Shown here: piece by piece, positions 63,381 through 64,000 of the stretch
How positions within the stretch are numbered: the stretch's first letter is position 1
Layout of the letters: each line of letters opens with the position of its first letter
Assembly: GCA_000934665.2 (NCBI GenBank)
Contig: KZ538068.1
Span: forward strand, 62,001-126,000
Source of the DNA: Catajapyx aquilonaris
Lineage: Eukaryota
Reading direction: 5' to 3'
DNA length: 64,000 nucleotides
The notes under the pieces: model-generated
The model's input: only the letters and a program-made list of their open reading frames with translations
Databases searched by the model: none
Told to the model about the DNA's origin: nothing
Program-made: the position numbers and the translations under genes

Positions 63381-64000
63381 ATCCAGTCACTCCTACATGT
63401 AGATACCATCCACGATCCACCCCACACTTCAGCAAATATTTTCCCAAGGAGCCTCTGATATTCCGGGGTTGCAAGTTAGAGGGGTTCTTTGTAAGATGGT
63501 CAAGTAGGGAGCATCTTCCTGGTGCCGTTGAACTGGCTTTGCTATTCAAATAAGCGGAAGTGAAAGGGTGGGTTGCAGATTCGGCTAGAAATGGGCAGCC
63601 TAGAAGGATTCAAGGGGAAGGACCTCCTTGCAGCCTCCAAATGGCCTCTTCGGGTAGATTGAAGTACTGTATTACACTCTGCCGGAGGAAATTTTACCAC
63701 TTTTTGATGCTCATAGAGAGGGTGAAAATCGTGGAGGCGTGACGCAAGTGCAGGCGGAGACACGAGAGTGTACTCTGCCTTTTTCCACGTGTCTCCTTCA
63801 TTACTCGCCTTCCGATCTCTCCCCACCCCAATAGCTGGTGTCACTGTGATGGACAGGCTTTTTCGAGTGTCGTTCCCTCCAATACCATCATTCCTCCACC
63901 CAGTTTCATGGCTTCTTGAAGGCCCCCGCCGCGGAACTTTGCCCCTGCGTTGCTCATTTCCCACCAAGCTCGCTCTAGCTTTTTTTCCGCCCCGATGCGG

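Noticed and set aside
63053..63553. 166-aa ORF with TASRLV repeats (and overlapping HREQTS / LLAVTS ORFs)
   Set aside because: An 18-bp minisatellite keeps frames open on both strands. The flanking translation is not protein-like.
1..64000. Hox-cluster markers (homeobox exons, miR-10, miR-993, iab-4/8) suggested by the motif-rich landscape
   Set aside because: No homeodomain appears in the ORF track and I did not find these miRNA sequences by eye. An Infernal/miRBase search would be needed to exclude them fully.

Overview
This is eukaryotic (most likely invertebrate, possibly arthropod) non-coding DNA. I recognise no protein-coding gene, rRNA, intact tRNA, CRISPR array or autonomous transposon, and the ORF track looks like background noise. 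The window alternates AT-rich transposon debris with GC-richer unique segments that are rich in TAAT/TTTAT homeodomain-type motifs and poly-G/C or purine tracts. That pattern fits a gene desert or large intron, possibly near a developmental regulator (inference only). Supportable features: two tRNA-derived SINE families (two copies each, two with exact target-site duplications), several TA-flanked Tc1/mariner-type MITEs (one nested pair), a palindromic MITE family, a ~760-bp foldback element built from ~148-bp inverted units, a diverged family of short solo-LTR-like elements, and several mini/microsatellites. The only possible coding remnant is a weak exon-like, single-stop-interrupted frame at ~5.6-6.1 kb. 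I found no convincing new biological system. The best leads are repeat-architecture observations and candidate cis-regulatory sites. Coordinates were counted by eye and may be off by a few bases.
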